A stretch of 64,000 nucleotides of DNA, from NCBI GenBank assembly GCA_016713865.1, contig JADJOG010000002.1:126629-190628 (forward strand). The letters are read 5' to 3'. Numbering within the stretch: position 1 is the stretch's first letter; every line of letters begins with the position of its first letter. The position numbers and the translations under genes were made by a program. Shown one piece after another: positions 29,438 to 38,366 of the stretch. The stretch comes from Flavobacteriales bacterium (lineage in GTDB: Bacteria > Bacteroidota > Bacteroidia > Flavobacteriales_F > PHOS-HE28). The notes under the pieces were generated by a model that saw only the letters and a program-made list of their open reading frames with translations, searched no databases and was not told where the DNA came from.

Positions 29438-30737
29438 ATGCCCGATTTCCAGAACACGCTCGACTTCGCCCGCGCGCAGGATGCTTCCGATCCGCTGCGC
29501 GCCTTCCGCGATGAATTCCACTTTCCGCAGAAGGATGGCCAGCCCGTCATCTACTTCACCGGCAACTCGCTCGGGCTTCAACCCAAAGGCGCCGCTGCTG
29601 CGCTGAAGCAGGAGCTCGACGATTGGGCCACCTTCGGCGTGGAGGGCCACATGAAGGCCAAGCACCCGTGGTACAGCTACCACGAGGAACTCACGGCGAT
29701 GACAGCGCGTCTTATCGGCGCGAAGGAGAGCGAAGTGGTGGTGATGAACCAGCTCACCAGCAACCTGCACTTCCTGATGGTGAGTTTCTACCAGCCGAAC
29801 GGGAAGCGGCGGAAGATCCTCACCGAGCAACGGCCATTCCCAAGTGACACCTACGCCTTCGCATCGCAGATCAGCTTTCACGGCGGCGATTCCGATAAGG
29901 ACTTGATCGAAGTGCAGCCCCGCGCTGGCGAATACACGCTTCGCACAGAGGACATCATCGCGCGCATAAACGAACTGGGTGATGAACTCGCGCTCGTCTG
30001 CTTCGGCGGCGTGAACTTCTACACCGGACAAGCCTTCGATATGGCGGCGATCACCAAGGCCGCGCATGCCGTTGGCGCCTACGCTGGATATGACCTCGCG
30101 CACGCTGCCGGCAACCTGCATCTCAAGCTGCACGAATGGAACGCCGACTTCGCCGCGTGGTGTACCTACAAGTACCTCAACAGCGGTCCGGGCAGCGTGG
30201 CTGGCGCCGTCGCATGAGCGTCACCACGGAAAAGGGTTGCCGCTCTTCGCCGGCTGGTGGGGGCACGACAAGCACGAACGGTTCAAGATGGAGCGCACCT
30301 TCAAGGCCATGAACACCGCCGAGGCCTGGCAGGTGAGCAATGCGCCGGTCTTCAGCATGGCGGTGCATCGCGCGGCGCTGGAGCAATTCGATCGCGCGGG
30401 CATCGCGAACCTGCGCGCGAAGAGTGAACAACTCACCAGCTACTTGGCGTTCATCATCGGCGAGGTGGCGAAGGCGACCGGTGCGAAGCTGGAAGTGATC
30501 ACTCCGAGCGATCCCGCGCAGCGCGGCTGCCAGTTGAGCATCGTGGCCCATGGCAAAGGCAAGGACCTCTTCCATGCGATCAGCGCGAAGGGCGTGGTGG
30601 CCGATTGGCGCGAACCCAACCCCGGCTCGCCGGCCGGGGCAGGCGTCATCCGTGTAGCTCCCGTGCCGATGTACAATTCGTTCGAGGACGTGTATCGTTT
30701 CGGACAGATTCTGACGGCGGCGATATGCAACGCGTAA
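29438..30737 (+). pseudogene. kynU: kynureninase, one frame break
   Basis: ORF 29438..30217 (...[14 protein letters not shown]...[17 protein letters not shown]) continues in ORF 30066..30737 ([26 protein letters not shown]...VAPVPMYNSFEDVYRF). The break is near 30208. Span length is 3n+1. Confidence 0.9.
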
Positions 30738-30774
30738 CCCGCAACCCGTCAACCTGCAACACGCAACCTGCAAA

Positions 30775-32208
30775 ATGAACGGGAAACAGATCACCATCGT
30801 CGGCGGCGGATTGGTCGGCAGTTTGCTGGCCGTATTCCTAGCCAAGCGCGGACATAGGATCAACGTGTTCGAGCGCCGCGCCGATCCGCGCAAGAGCAAC
30901 GTGTATGCAGGTCGAAGCATCAACCTGGTGGTGAGCCATCGCGGATGGACCGCGCTGAAGGCCGCTGGTGTACACGAGGCCGTGGAGCGCATCGTGGTGC
31001 CCGTGCATGCCCGCATGACGCACGACCGCGACGGCAAGCTCACGCGCCTGCCCTACAGCATCGATGAGCGCGCCATCCACAGTGTGAGTCGTGGCGAGCT
31101 GAACAAGGTGATGCTGAGCGAAGCGGAGAAGTTCCCCAATGTGAAGCTGCATTTCGAGCATCGCTGCACGAGCGTGAATCTCGAGACGGGCACCTGCACC
31201 TTCCACAACGAAGCCACCGGCGAAGCGAGCGCTGTGCCGGCCGATGTGGTCTTCGGAAGTGATGGCGCGCCGAGCGCTGTGCGACAGGAGTTCATGAAGC
31301 ACCGCTTCACCTTCAGCCAGACCTACATCGAGCACGACTACAAGGAGATCGCCTTCGCGCCGAATGCGGATGGTACGCCGCGCATGGACCCGCACTGCCT
31401 GCACATTTGGCCGCGCCGCTGGTTCATGATGATGGGCCTCGCCAACACCGATGGCGGTTTCACGGGAACGCTCTTCATGCCGCACACGGCGTCAGCCGTC
31501 ATTCCGGAGGCCGGGCGGCCGAAGGGCGCTGGTCCAGGACTCGCGAGACGTGGCGAAGCGACGGAATCTCACCCAGCCATTCCTGCATTTGATCAGATCA
31601 AGGACGAGCAGGACCTCATGCGCTTCTTCGAGGAGCATTTCCGCGATGCGACCCCCATGCTTCCCGATCTCGCCGAGCAATACTTCCGCAACCCGCAGAG
31701 CAACCTCGCCATCATCCGCTGCTCGCCGTGGACCTACAAGGACAAGGTGGCGCTGATCGGCGATGCGGCCCACGCCATCGTGCCTTTCTATGGCGAAGGC
31801 ATGAACGCCGGCTACGAGGATTGCAAGGTGCTCAACGATATCCTGAACGAACACGGCGACGACAACTGGGCCACCGTGCTCGATGCCTACCACAAAGCGC
31901 GCAAGCCCAACGGCGATGCCATCGCCGATCTCTCATTGCGCAACTTCGTGGAGATGCGCGACCTCGTTGCCGATCCGAAGTTCATTCTGCGCAAGAAGAT
32001 CGAAGGCCGCCTGCAAGCGCGCCACCCCGACAAATGGCTGCCGCTCTACAGCCAGGTGAAGTTCAGCGACATCGGCTACAAGACCGCTTGGGACGAGGGC
32101 CTGCGCCACGACCGCATCATGGAGCAGGTGCTTGCCATGCCGGGCATCGAGGAGAAATGGGAGAGCGAGGAGGTGGAGCGGAAGGCGCTGGGGTTGTTGG
32201 AGAAGTGA
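30775..32208 (+). CDS. kmo: kynurenine 3-monooxygenase
   Basis: FAD-binding ITIVGGGLVGSLLAVFLAKRG, plus GDAAHAIVPFYGEGMNAGYEDC. 477 aa. Contains an apparently extra Arg/Gly/Pro/Ala-rich segment at about 31483-31590. Confidence 0.9.
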   Translation: MNGKQITIVGGGLVGSLLAVFLAKRGHRINVFERRADPRKSNVYAGRSINLVVSHRGWTALKAAGVHEAVERIVVPVHARMTHDRDGKLTRLPYSIDERAIHSVSRGELNKVMLSEAEKFPNVKLHFEHRCTSVNLETGTCTFHNEATGEASAVPADVVFGSDGAPSAVRQEFMKHRFTFSQTYIEHDYKEIAFAPNADGTPRMDPHCLHIWPRRWFMMMGLANTDGGFTGTLFMPHTASAVIPEAGRPKGAGPGLARRGEATESHPAIPAFDQIKDEQDLMRFFEEHFRDATPMLPDLAEQYFRNPQSNLAIIRCSPWTYKDKVALIGDAAHAIVPFYGEGMNAGYEDCKVLNDILNEHGDDNWATVLDAYHKARKPNGDAIADLSLRNFVEMRDLVADPKFILRKKIEGRLQARHPDKWLPLYSQVKFSDIGYKTAWDEGLRHDRIMEQVLAMPGIEEKWESEEVERKALGLLEK

Positions 32209-32222
32209 TTCGCGATGAAGAG

Positions 32223-32744
32223 ATGAGAATCGTTTCTCGAATTCGGTCAAAGAGCTTTCTGAAGTTCACGCTTTTCGAGCATGCAATCATCACGACATTG
32301 ATCGGAGCAGGTATTCCTGCGATGCTATTCTTCGGAATAATGATGTCTGGTCGGCGGAACAGCGATTCGGCTGTTGAACTGATCGAGACCTTCTTTGCAG
32401 ATGAGGGAACGAAGCTGATGGCTGTTGTAGCCATTGTAGCAGCGATTGTGAATTTGATCGTTCTCGGGATAAGAAACTCTGAGATGGTGGTGTTAGCCGA
32501 ATTGGATGATGCGCGCAAATCGCTGAAGCTGGAAGTCAGACGGAGGCGCACTAGAACCCTCCGCTCGGTGGAAGTGCCATTTGAGCGATTGGTTTGGCGG
32601 CGAACCAAGACGGCCAAGATTCCCGCTGTACCCAGTTACATTGGCTATGAGTTCTTGGACGGCGCGACGGTTGTTGGAAGTCTACCGACCATTTCACATG
32701 GGATGATCAGCAACGGAGGGTCAAGAGTTTCCTTGCAGAGCTGA
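32223..32744 (+). CDS. hypothetical two-TM membrane protein (low-GC orphan)
   Basis: ATG at 32223, 173 aa. Two hydrophobic helices (AIITTLIGAGIPAMLFFGIMM, LMAVVAIVAAIVNLIVLGI) and a basic C-terminal domain. The first 120 nt are 52/120 G+C by my count, clearly below the neighbours. It uses AGA/ATA/TTA codons that are rare elsewhere in the window. Confidence 0.5.
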   Translation: MRIVSRIRSKSFLKFTLFEHAIITTLIGAGIPAMLFFGIMMSGRRNSDSAVELIETFFADEGTKLMAVVAIVAAIVNLIVLGIRNSEMVVLAELDDARKSLKLEVRRRRTRTLRSVEVPFERLVWRRTKTAKIPAVPSYIGYEFLDGATVVGSLPTISHGMISNGGSRVSLQS

Positions 32745-32776
32745 ACGAGCGAGTTGTCGTTGGCGGCTAGAGGATT

Positions 32777-32992
32777 CTAGCATTCCCCCTGCCCTACCAC
32801 CCTCACCCCCTCGCGCCGCGCCATGCATTCGTTGCAGTAAGTGCGCCCATCGCAGCCGCACACGCCGGGGCAATCCTCGGTGCAGAAGTCGTTCTTGTGC
32901 TTGGCGCGCAGGTTGGGGTCGGGGCAGTCGCCGCACTTGCCGCATGCGGCAGCGGTCAAGACAAGGGCGAGTAGGAGAGGGAGATTTTTCAT
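32777..32992 (-). CDS. Kazal-type serine protease inhibitor domain lipoprotein
   Basis: ATG at 32992. MKNLPLLLALVLTAAAC lipobox. Cys-rich 50-aa domain with the Kazal-like core CGCDGRTYCNEC. 71 aa. Confidence 0.6.
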   Translation of the reverse strand: MKNLPLLLALVLTAAACGKCGDCPDPNLRAKHKNDFCTEDCPGVCGCDGRTYCNECMARREGVRVVGQGEC

Positions 32993-33108
32993 GCTCCCAA
33001 GACAATGCAGCACGCCCCAGCGCTGCCTGCGCCAACCCACACCCCCGCGTTGACACTTTCGCCCTCCAGCACGCGTTCTCCCACAGCCCGTCGCGCCAAC
33101 TTTCGTCC

Positions 33109-33957
33109 ATGCGAAGTCTTGTGCTTGCAATCACGCTCTTGATATTCAATGCGCTGGCTCTGGCGCAACCCATGAGCCGCCGAAAGGCCGATATCATCCC
33201 GCTCGAAGGTCAGGCCAAGCGCATCGGCTGGTTCGTGGGGCCGGGCGTCACCTGGACGCACACGCGCTTGAAGAATGAGGAAGAGGAAGTGCTCCGCAAC
33301 GACAGCTTGCGGTACGTGACCACATACGATCCCGCAGGTAAGCTCGGGCTCTACCTCGAAGGCGGCATCACCGGGTACACGGGTGATCCGGTGATCATTG
33401 ACTACCTCGACTTCGGCGTGGCCTACAAGAATCTGCGCGGCGCCGAATCAACTGCAGGCACCTTGTGGCGTGGCGATACGGCCGCGTTGCCCATGGAAGC
33501 GGATGGCGATTTCGCTGAACGCTTGGTAACGGTGGCTTTTAATGCGAACAAGTTCATACAGACCGGCAACTACCAATTCGTGCAGCTGAGCCTTGGCGCC
33601 AATGCCGACATCCGGCTCGGCAGCGAATACAGTCATTCAGGCGATCCTGTGCTCAATAGCCACGAGTTCCCTCCCGACCTCATCACGCAAGCGCATTTCA
33701 AGGTGGGCTATGGCTTCAAGCTCACGGGCCGCATGATCATGATCCCCGCGTTGGAAACACCCGTTTTCAGTGTAACGCCAACGGATCAGGGCTTCGGGCA
33801 ACTGCAATGGTTCAGCAGCAATTACCGCCCGATCATCCTCAGCGTTCGCTTCCTCTTCCTGCGTGCCCGCAACGGCTTCGATTGCCCGCCGCCGATCAAG
33901 CACAACGAGTTCGAGCGCGGAAGGAAGGAGTACAAGCCGGATAGCTACCACCCCTAG
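33109..33957 (+). CDS. hypothetical outer-membrane beta-barrel-like protein
   Basis: ATG at 33109 with signal peptide MRSLVLAITLLIFNALALAQ. Alternating beta-strand-like pattern (GLYLEGGITGY, FGVAYKNL, VTVAFNANKF, LSLGANADIRLG). No family recognised. Confidence 0.5.
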   Translation: MRSLVLAITLLIFNALALAQPMSRRKADIIPLEGQAKRIGWFVGPGVTWTHTRLKNEEEEVLRNDSLRYVTTYDPAGKLGLYLEGGITGYTGDPVIIDYLDFGVAYKNLRGAESTAGTLWRGDTAALPMEADGDFAERLVTVAFNANKFIQTGNYQFVQLSLGANADIRLGSEYSHSGDPVLNSHEFPPDLITQAHFKVGYGFKLTGRMIMIPALETPVFSVTPTDQGFGQLQWFSSNYRPIILSVRFLFLRARNGFDCPPPIKHNEFERGRKEYKPDSYHP

Positions 33958-33960
33958 TAG

Positions 33961-34025
33961 GAGCGGCAAGCGGCGAGGTCGCGAGCGGTCTGTCACTTGC
34001 CGCTCGTCGCTCCCGGACTCGCCGC
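33961..34025. terminator. overlapping inverted repeats between convergent genes
   Basis: gagcggcaag (33961-33970) pairs with cttgccgctc (33996-34005). gcggcgag (33970-33977) pairs with ctcgccgc (34018-34025). These form alternative stems. Confidence 0.4.
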
Positions 34026-34035
34026 TTCTTCGCGC

Positions 34036-34671
34036 TTAACGCAAGAACGGATTCGACTTCCTCTCTTTTCCGATCGTGGTGCTGGGCCCGTGCCCGCAAT
34101 GCACTGTTACATCATCGCCGAGCGGGAATAGCTTTTCCTTGATGCTTCGGATGAGCGTATCGTGATCGCCGCCGGGAAGGTCGGTTCGGCCGATGCTGTT
34201 CTGGAAGAGGACATCACCAGCGATCACGAAGCGCGCCTCCTTGCTGAATAGCGCGATATGCCCCGGCGCATGGCCCGGAACAAAGAGCACTTCCAGGTCG
34301 TGTCCGTCAACGGTGATTCGTTCGCCGGGCTCGATGAAACGCTCAGGTTCGGGTGAAGCCTCGCAGGGCACGCCGTACATGTCACCTTGGCGCGGCGCGG
34401 CCTTCAACAAGGGCAGGTCGGCGCGATGCAGTTCCGGTTTTAATCCAAAGCGGCGCTCAGCCCATGCACAGCCAAAAACATGGTCGATGTGCGCGTGGGT
34501 GAGGATGAGGCGGATGGGCGTGAGCTCGTTCGCGGTGAGCCATTGCTCCAGCTCATGCTCTTCGGCGGTATTCCAGCACCCTGGGTCGATAAGCAGCGCT
34601 TCCTTTCCAGCATGCACCACCCAGGTATTCTCCTGAAAAGGGTTGAAGGTGAACGATTCGGCTTTGAGCAT
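34036..34671 (-). CDS. MBL-fold metallo-hydrolase (glyoxalase II-like)
   Basis: ATG at 34671 (MLKAESFTFNPFQENTWVV). HxHxDH motif THAHIDHV. 211 aa. Confidence 0.85.
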   Translation of the reverse strand: MLKAESFTFNPFQENTWVVHAGKEALLIDPGCWNTAEEHELEQWLTANELTPIRLILTHAHIDHVFGCAWAERRFGLKPELHRADLPLLKAAPRQGDMYGVPCEASPEPERFIEPGERITVDGHDLEVLFVPGHAPGHIALFSKEARFVIAGDVLFQNSIGRTDLPGGDHDTLIRSIKEKLFPLGDDVTVHCGHGPSTTIGKERKSNPFLR

Positions 34672-34765
34672 CGGCGTATGTGAAGCAGCAGCGCTGGTGC
34701 GTTTGCAAGGAGCGGCGGGCTGCCGCTGGGCAAAGGTGCTACCTTCAGCCGCCCGTTCGAGCATC

Positions 34766-37700
34766 GTGCGCAAGCTCCTTCAACTCCTCCTTCTGGCCAT
34801 GGCCCCGGCCATCGCGCGCGGCCAGTTCTACCAGGGTTCCCAACAGGAATTCGGCAAGAACCGCGTGCAGTATCAGGATTTCTATTGGCAGCAGTACCGC
34901 TTCAGCAACATGGAGGTCTTCTTCTACAAGGAAGGCCGCGACCTGGCACGCTACACGGCGCAGGCGGCGCAGCGGCACCTGAAAGAGCTGGAGGCCTCCT
35001 TCGATTTCACGGTCGATGAGCGCCTACAGTTCATCGTGTACAACTCGCTCACCGACTTCCGCCAGAGCAACATCGGCTTGGAGGGCATGTCCGGCCAGAA
35101 CAACATCGGCGGCCTCACGCGTATCGTGGGCACCAAGATCTTCGTGTATTACGAGGGCGACCACACCCCTGCTCGACCAGCAGATTCGCAGCGGCATCGC
35201 GCACGTGATCATCGACCAGATGATGTTCGGCGGAAACTGGCGCGAGATGCTTCGCAGCGCCACCTTCCTCACCCTGCCGGCCTGGTACACCGACGGCATC
35301 ATCAGTTACCATTCGCGGCCTTGGGATGCCACGCTATCCAATCGTGTGCGCGATGGTGTGGCCAGCGGGCGCTTCGACAAGTTCAATCGTTTAGAGGGTG
35401 AGCAGGCGCGCGACGCGGGGCACATGCTCTGGCGCTACGTGGCTGAAGTGTACGGCCCCGGCGTGATACCGAACATACTGTACATGACCCGCGTGAGCCG
35501 TAATGCGGAAAGCGGCTTCCTCTTCGTGCTCGGCGTATCGCTCAAGACGCTTACCAAGGAATGCCTCGAGTACAATCGTGCACGCTTCAACGAAGAGGAC
35601 CGCTTGCGCGCCGAGGTGCCACTGGAGCCATTGCCCATTAGGACCAGGAAGGCCCGCACCTACAGCCAGTTCCAGCAAAGCCCCGACGGTCGCTGGCTCG
35701 CATGGGTGAGCAACGAGTTGGGCCAGTACAAGGTGTTCGTGATGGAGGTCGCCACCGGCAAGGTGCGCCGCATCGTGAAAGGCGAGAAGAAACTCGATCG
35801 GATCATCGACCGCAGCTATCCGGTGCTCGCATGGCATCCTAGCAGCAAGGCGCTCAGCTACGCCCTCGAGCGCAAAGGCGAGCCATGGCTGCGCACATGG
35901 ACCATGGACGACCGCAAGACCACTGAGCGGCCGATACTCATGCTGGAAAAGGTGCTCAGCATGGACTACAGCCCCGATGGCCGCAACATGATCTTCAGCG
36001 GTGTGCGCGATGGCCGCACCGACCTGTACCTCTATTACGTGATGGGCAATCGGCAGGAGCAGCTCACCAACGACCAATGGGACGATCTCGATCCGCGTTT
36101 CGTCGATCGCGGTCGGCGCATCATCTTCAGCAGCGATCGCAATGACGACACCCTCCGCACCTTCAAGGATGTGGCGCTCATCAACGGCAGCAAGGATATC
36201 TGGCTGTTCGATCTGGAGACGCGCAGCCCGGTGCTCACGCGCCTGAGCAGCACTCCGGGCGTGAATGAGATGCAGCCGATGCAATGGGACAGCGCGAGCT
36301 ATGCCTTCTTGAGCGATGCTGATGGCGTGCGCAATCGTTACCGTGTCCGTTACGATAGCACGGTGAGCTATGTGGATACCAGCATCCATTATCGCTACTT
36401 CACGGTGGAAGAGCGGCTCACCGACCTGAAACGATCGATCCTGGAGCAGGATGCGGATCCTGAACGCGGGCGCTATACGCAGCTGATGCTGGAGAAAGGG
36501 CGATACCGTTTCTATCAAGGCCGAGTGAGCGGAGAGCGCGTGGCTGATTCCGGCGAAAGGCAGCAGGAGCGCTCAGGCGCAGCCACGCAGCCATCGCACG
36601 GTTCAGTGACCGACGACATGACGCGCGTGGTGAAGGTGCCTCCGCAATTCCCGCGAAGCACCGCGCCCGATGCGATAGACACACGCCGATATGTCTTCAG
36701 CGATGAGCCAGCCAGCGGACCGCCACCGCCAAAGCCATCGCCGAACGCGATCACAGGAACCGCGCAAGCCACCCCGGACAGCACGGCTCGAAGACCCTTC
36801 ACCTACCCCGAGCAGCGCAACTACAACCTGAATTTCACCGTGGATCAGGTGGTAACGCAGGTCGATAACAGCTTCTCCAATCAATTCTACCAGCCCTTCA
36901 TCGGCCCCGGCGGATTGAACCCCGGCCTCAGCGGACTAACCCGCATGGGCATCAGCGACCTCTTCGAGGATCACCGTATCGTGGGAGGCTTCCGTTTGGC
37001 GCTCGACCTCAACAACAACGATTACCTGGTCACTTACGAGAACCTCAAGCACCGGCTCGATAAGCGCATCTCCTTCCAGCGTCAGGCATACCAAGGCGTC
37101 GATGACTTCGGCGTGACCAAGGTGCACACGCACAACGTGCGTTACCAGGTGAGCTGGCCATTCAACGAGTTGGAGAGCATCCGGGCCTCAGTGGTGTACC
37201 GCAACGATCGATACGTGCGCCAGGCCATTGATCCGCTGAGCCTCGTGGCGCCCAATTTCAATGATCACATGGCGGGCGTGAAGCTCGAGTACGTCTTCGA
37301 TAGCAGCTTGCCTCGCGGCCTCAACCTCTGGACCGGCTGGAAGATGAAGGTGTTCGGCGAGTACTACCAGCAGCCTGAGGATGGCGGCGACATGCAGGTG
37401 GTCGGCCTTGACCTGCGCCACTCGCTCAAGGTGCATCGCGACCTCATCTGGGTGTCGCGCCTCGCTGGTGGAAGCTCTTTCGGCAGCAGGCGCATCGTCC
37501 ACTTCCTCGGCGGCGTCGATAATTGGCTTTTCGCCAAGTACGACAACAGCATGCCCATTGATTTCGCGCAGAACTATTTTTACCAGACCCTCGCCGTGCC
37601 CATGCGCGGCTTCTTCTATAACGCGCGCAACGGCAACAGCTTCGCCGTGATCAACACCGAGCTGCGCGTGCCCATCGTGCGTTACCTCGTGAACAGGCCC

Positions 37701-37994
37701 ATCCGCTCAGACTTCTTCAATCACCTGCAGGTCGCGGGCTTCGCCGACATCGGTTCCGCATGGACCGGCGCGCATCCTTATGCCAACGACAACAGCTTCA
37801 ATCGCGTCACCATCTTCCGCAATCCGCTTACCATCACGCTCGATAGCAAGCGCGAGCCCATCGTCGCAGGATACGGCTTCGGCCTGCGCACCCGCTTGCT
37901 GGGCTATTTCGTGCGCGCCGATTGGGCCTGGGGCGTCGACGATGGCGTGATCCTGCCGCAGGTTCTCCACTTCTCTCTCAATCTCGACATCTGA
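34766..37994 (+). pseudogene. large envelope protein: N-terminal domain, TolB-like WD40/PD40 beta-propeller repeats, Omp85/surface-antigen-like C-terminal barrel; one frame break
   Basis: GTG at 34766 gives the signal peptide VRKLLQLLLLAMAPAIARGQ. ORF 34643..35401 joins ORF 35016..37994 at ACCCCT near 35168 (YYEGDHT|LLDQQIRSGIAHV). PD40-like repeats (SPDGRWLAWVSNELGQYKVFV, YSPDGRNMIFSG). Pro-rich linker. C-terminal barrel ending LHFSLNLDI. Span length is 3n+1. Confidence 0.7.
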
Positions 37995-37997
37995 GCG

Positions 37998-38366
37998 ATG
38001 GAAATGCAGACCGCAGGATTGCTCATCGTCGTGGGCCTGCTCGCGGGCATCCTCAGCGGCTTCGTGGGCGTAGGGGGCGGCATCATCATGGTGCCCGCGT
38101 TGGTGTGGCTGCTCGGCTATGATCAGCATCGGGCACAAGGCACCAGCTTAGCCGTGCTTGTGCTGCCGGTGGTGGCACTGGCCGTGCGCAACTACTGGAA
38201 GGCCGGCTTGATCGATTGGAAAGTGGTGGCCGTGATCGCCGCCGCATTCGTCGTGGGCGGATACCTCGGCAGCCGTGGCGCCCTAGCACTGCCGGCCGAT
38301 ACCGTGAAGCGCGTCTTCGGCGTGGTGCTGCTCCTTGTGGCCATTAAGCTCATGCTCGGAAAGTGA
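37998..38366 (+). CDS. half-size TauE/SafE-family membrane protein
   Basis: 122 aa with four hydrophobic helices. Family-like LSGFVGVGGGIIMVPALV. Confidence 0.65.
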   Translation: MEMQTAGLLIVVGLLAGILSGFVGVGGGIIMVPALVWLLGYDQHRAQGTSLAVLVLPVVALAVRNYWKAGLIDWKVVAVIAAAFVVGGYLGSRGALALPADTVKRVFGVVLLLVAIKLMLGK

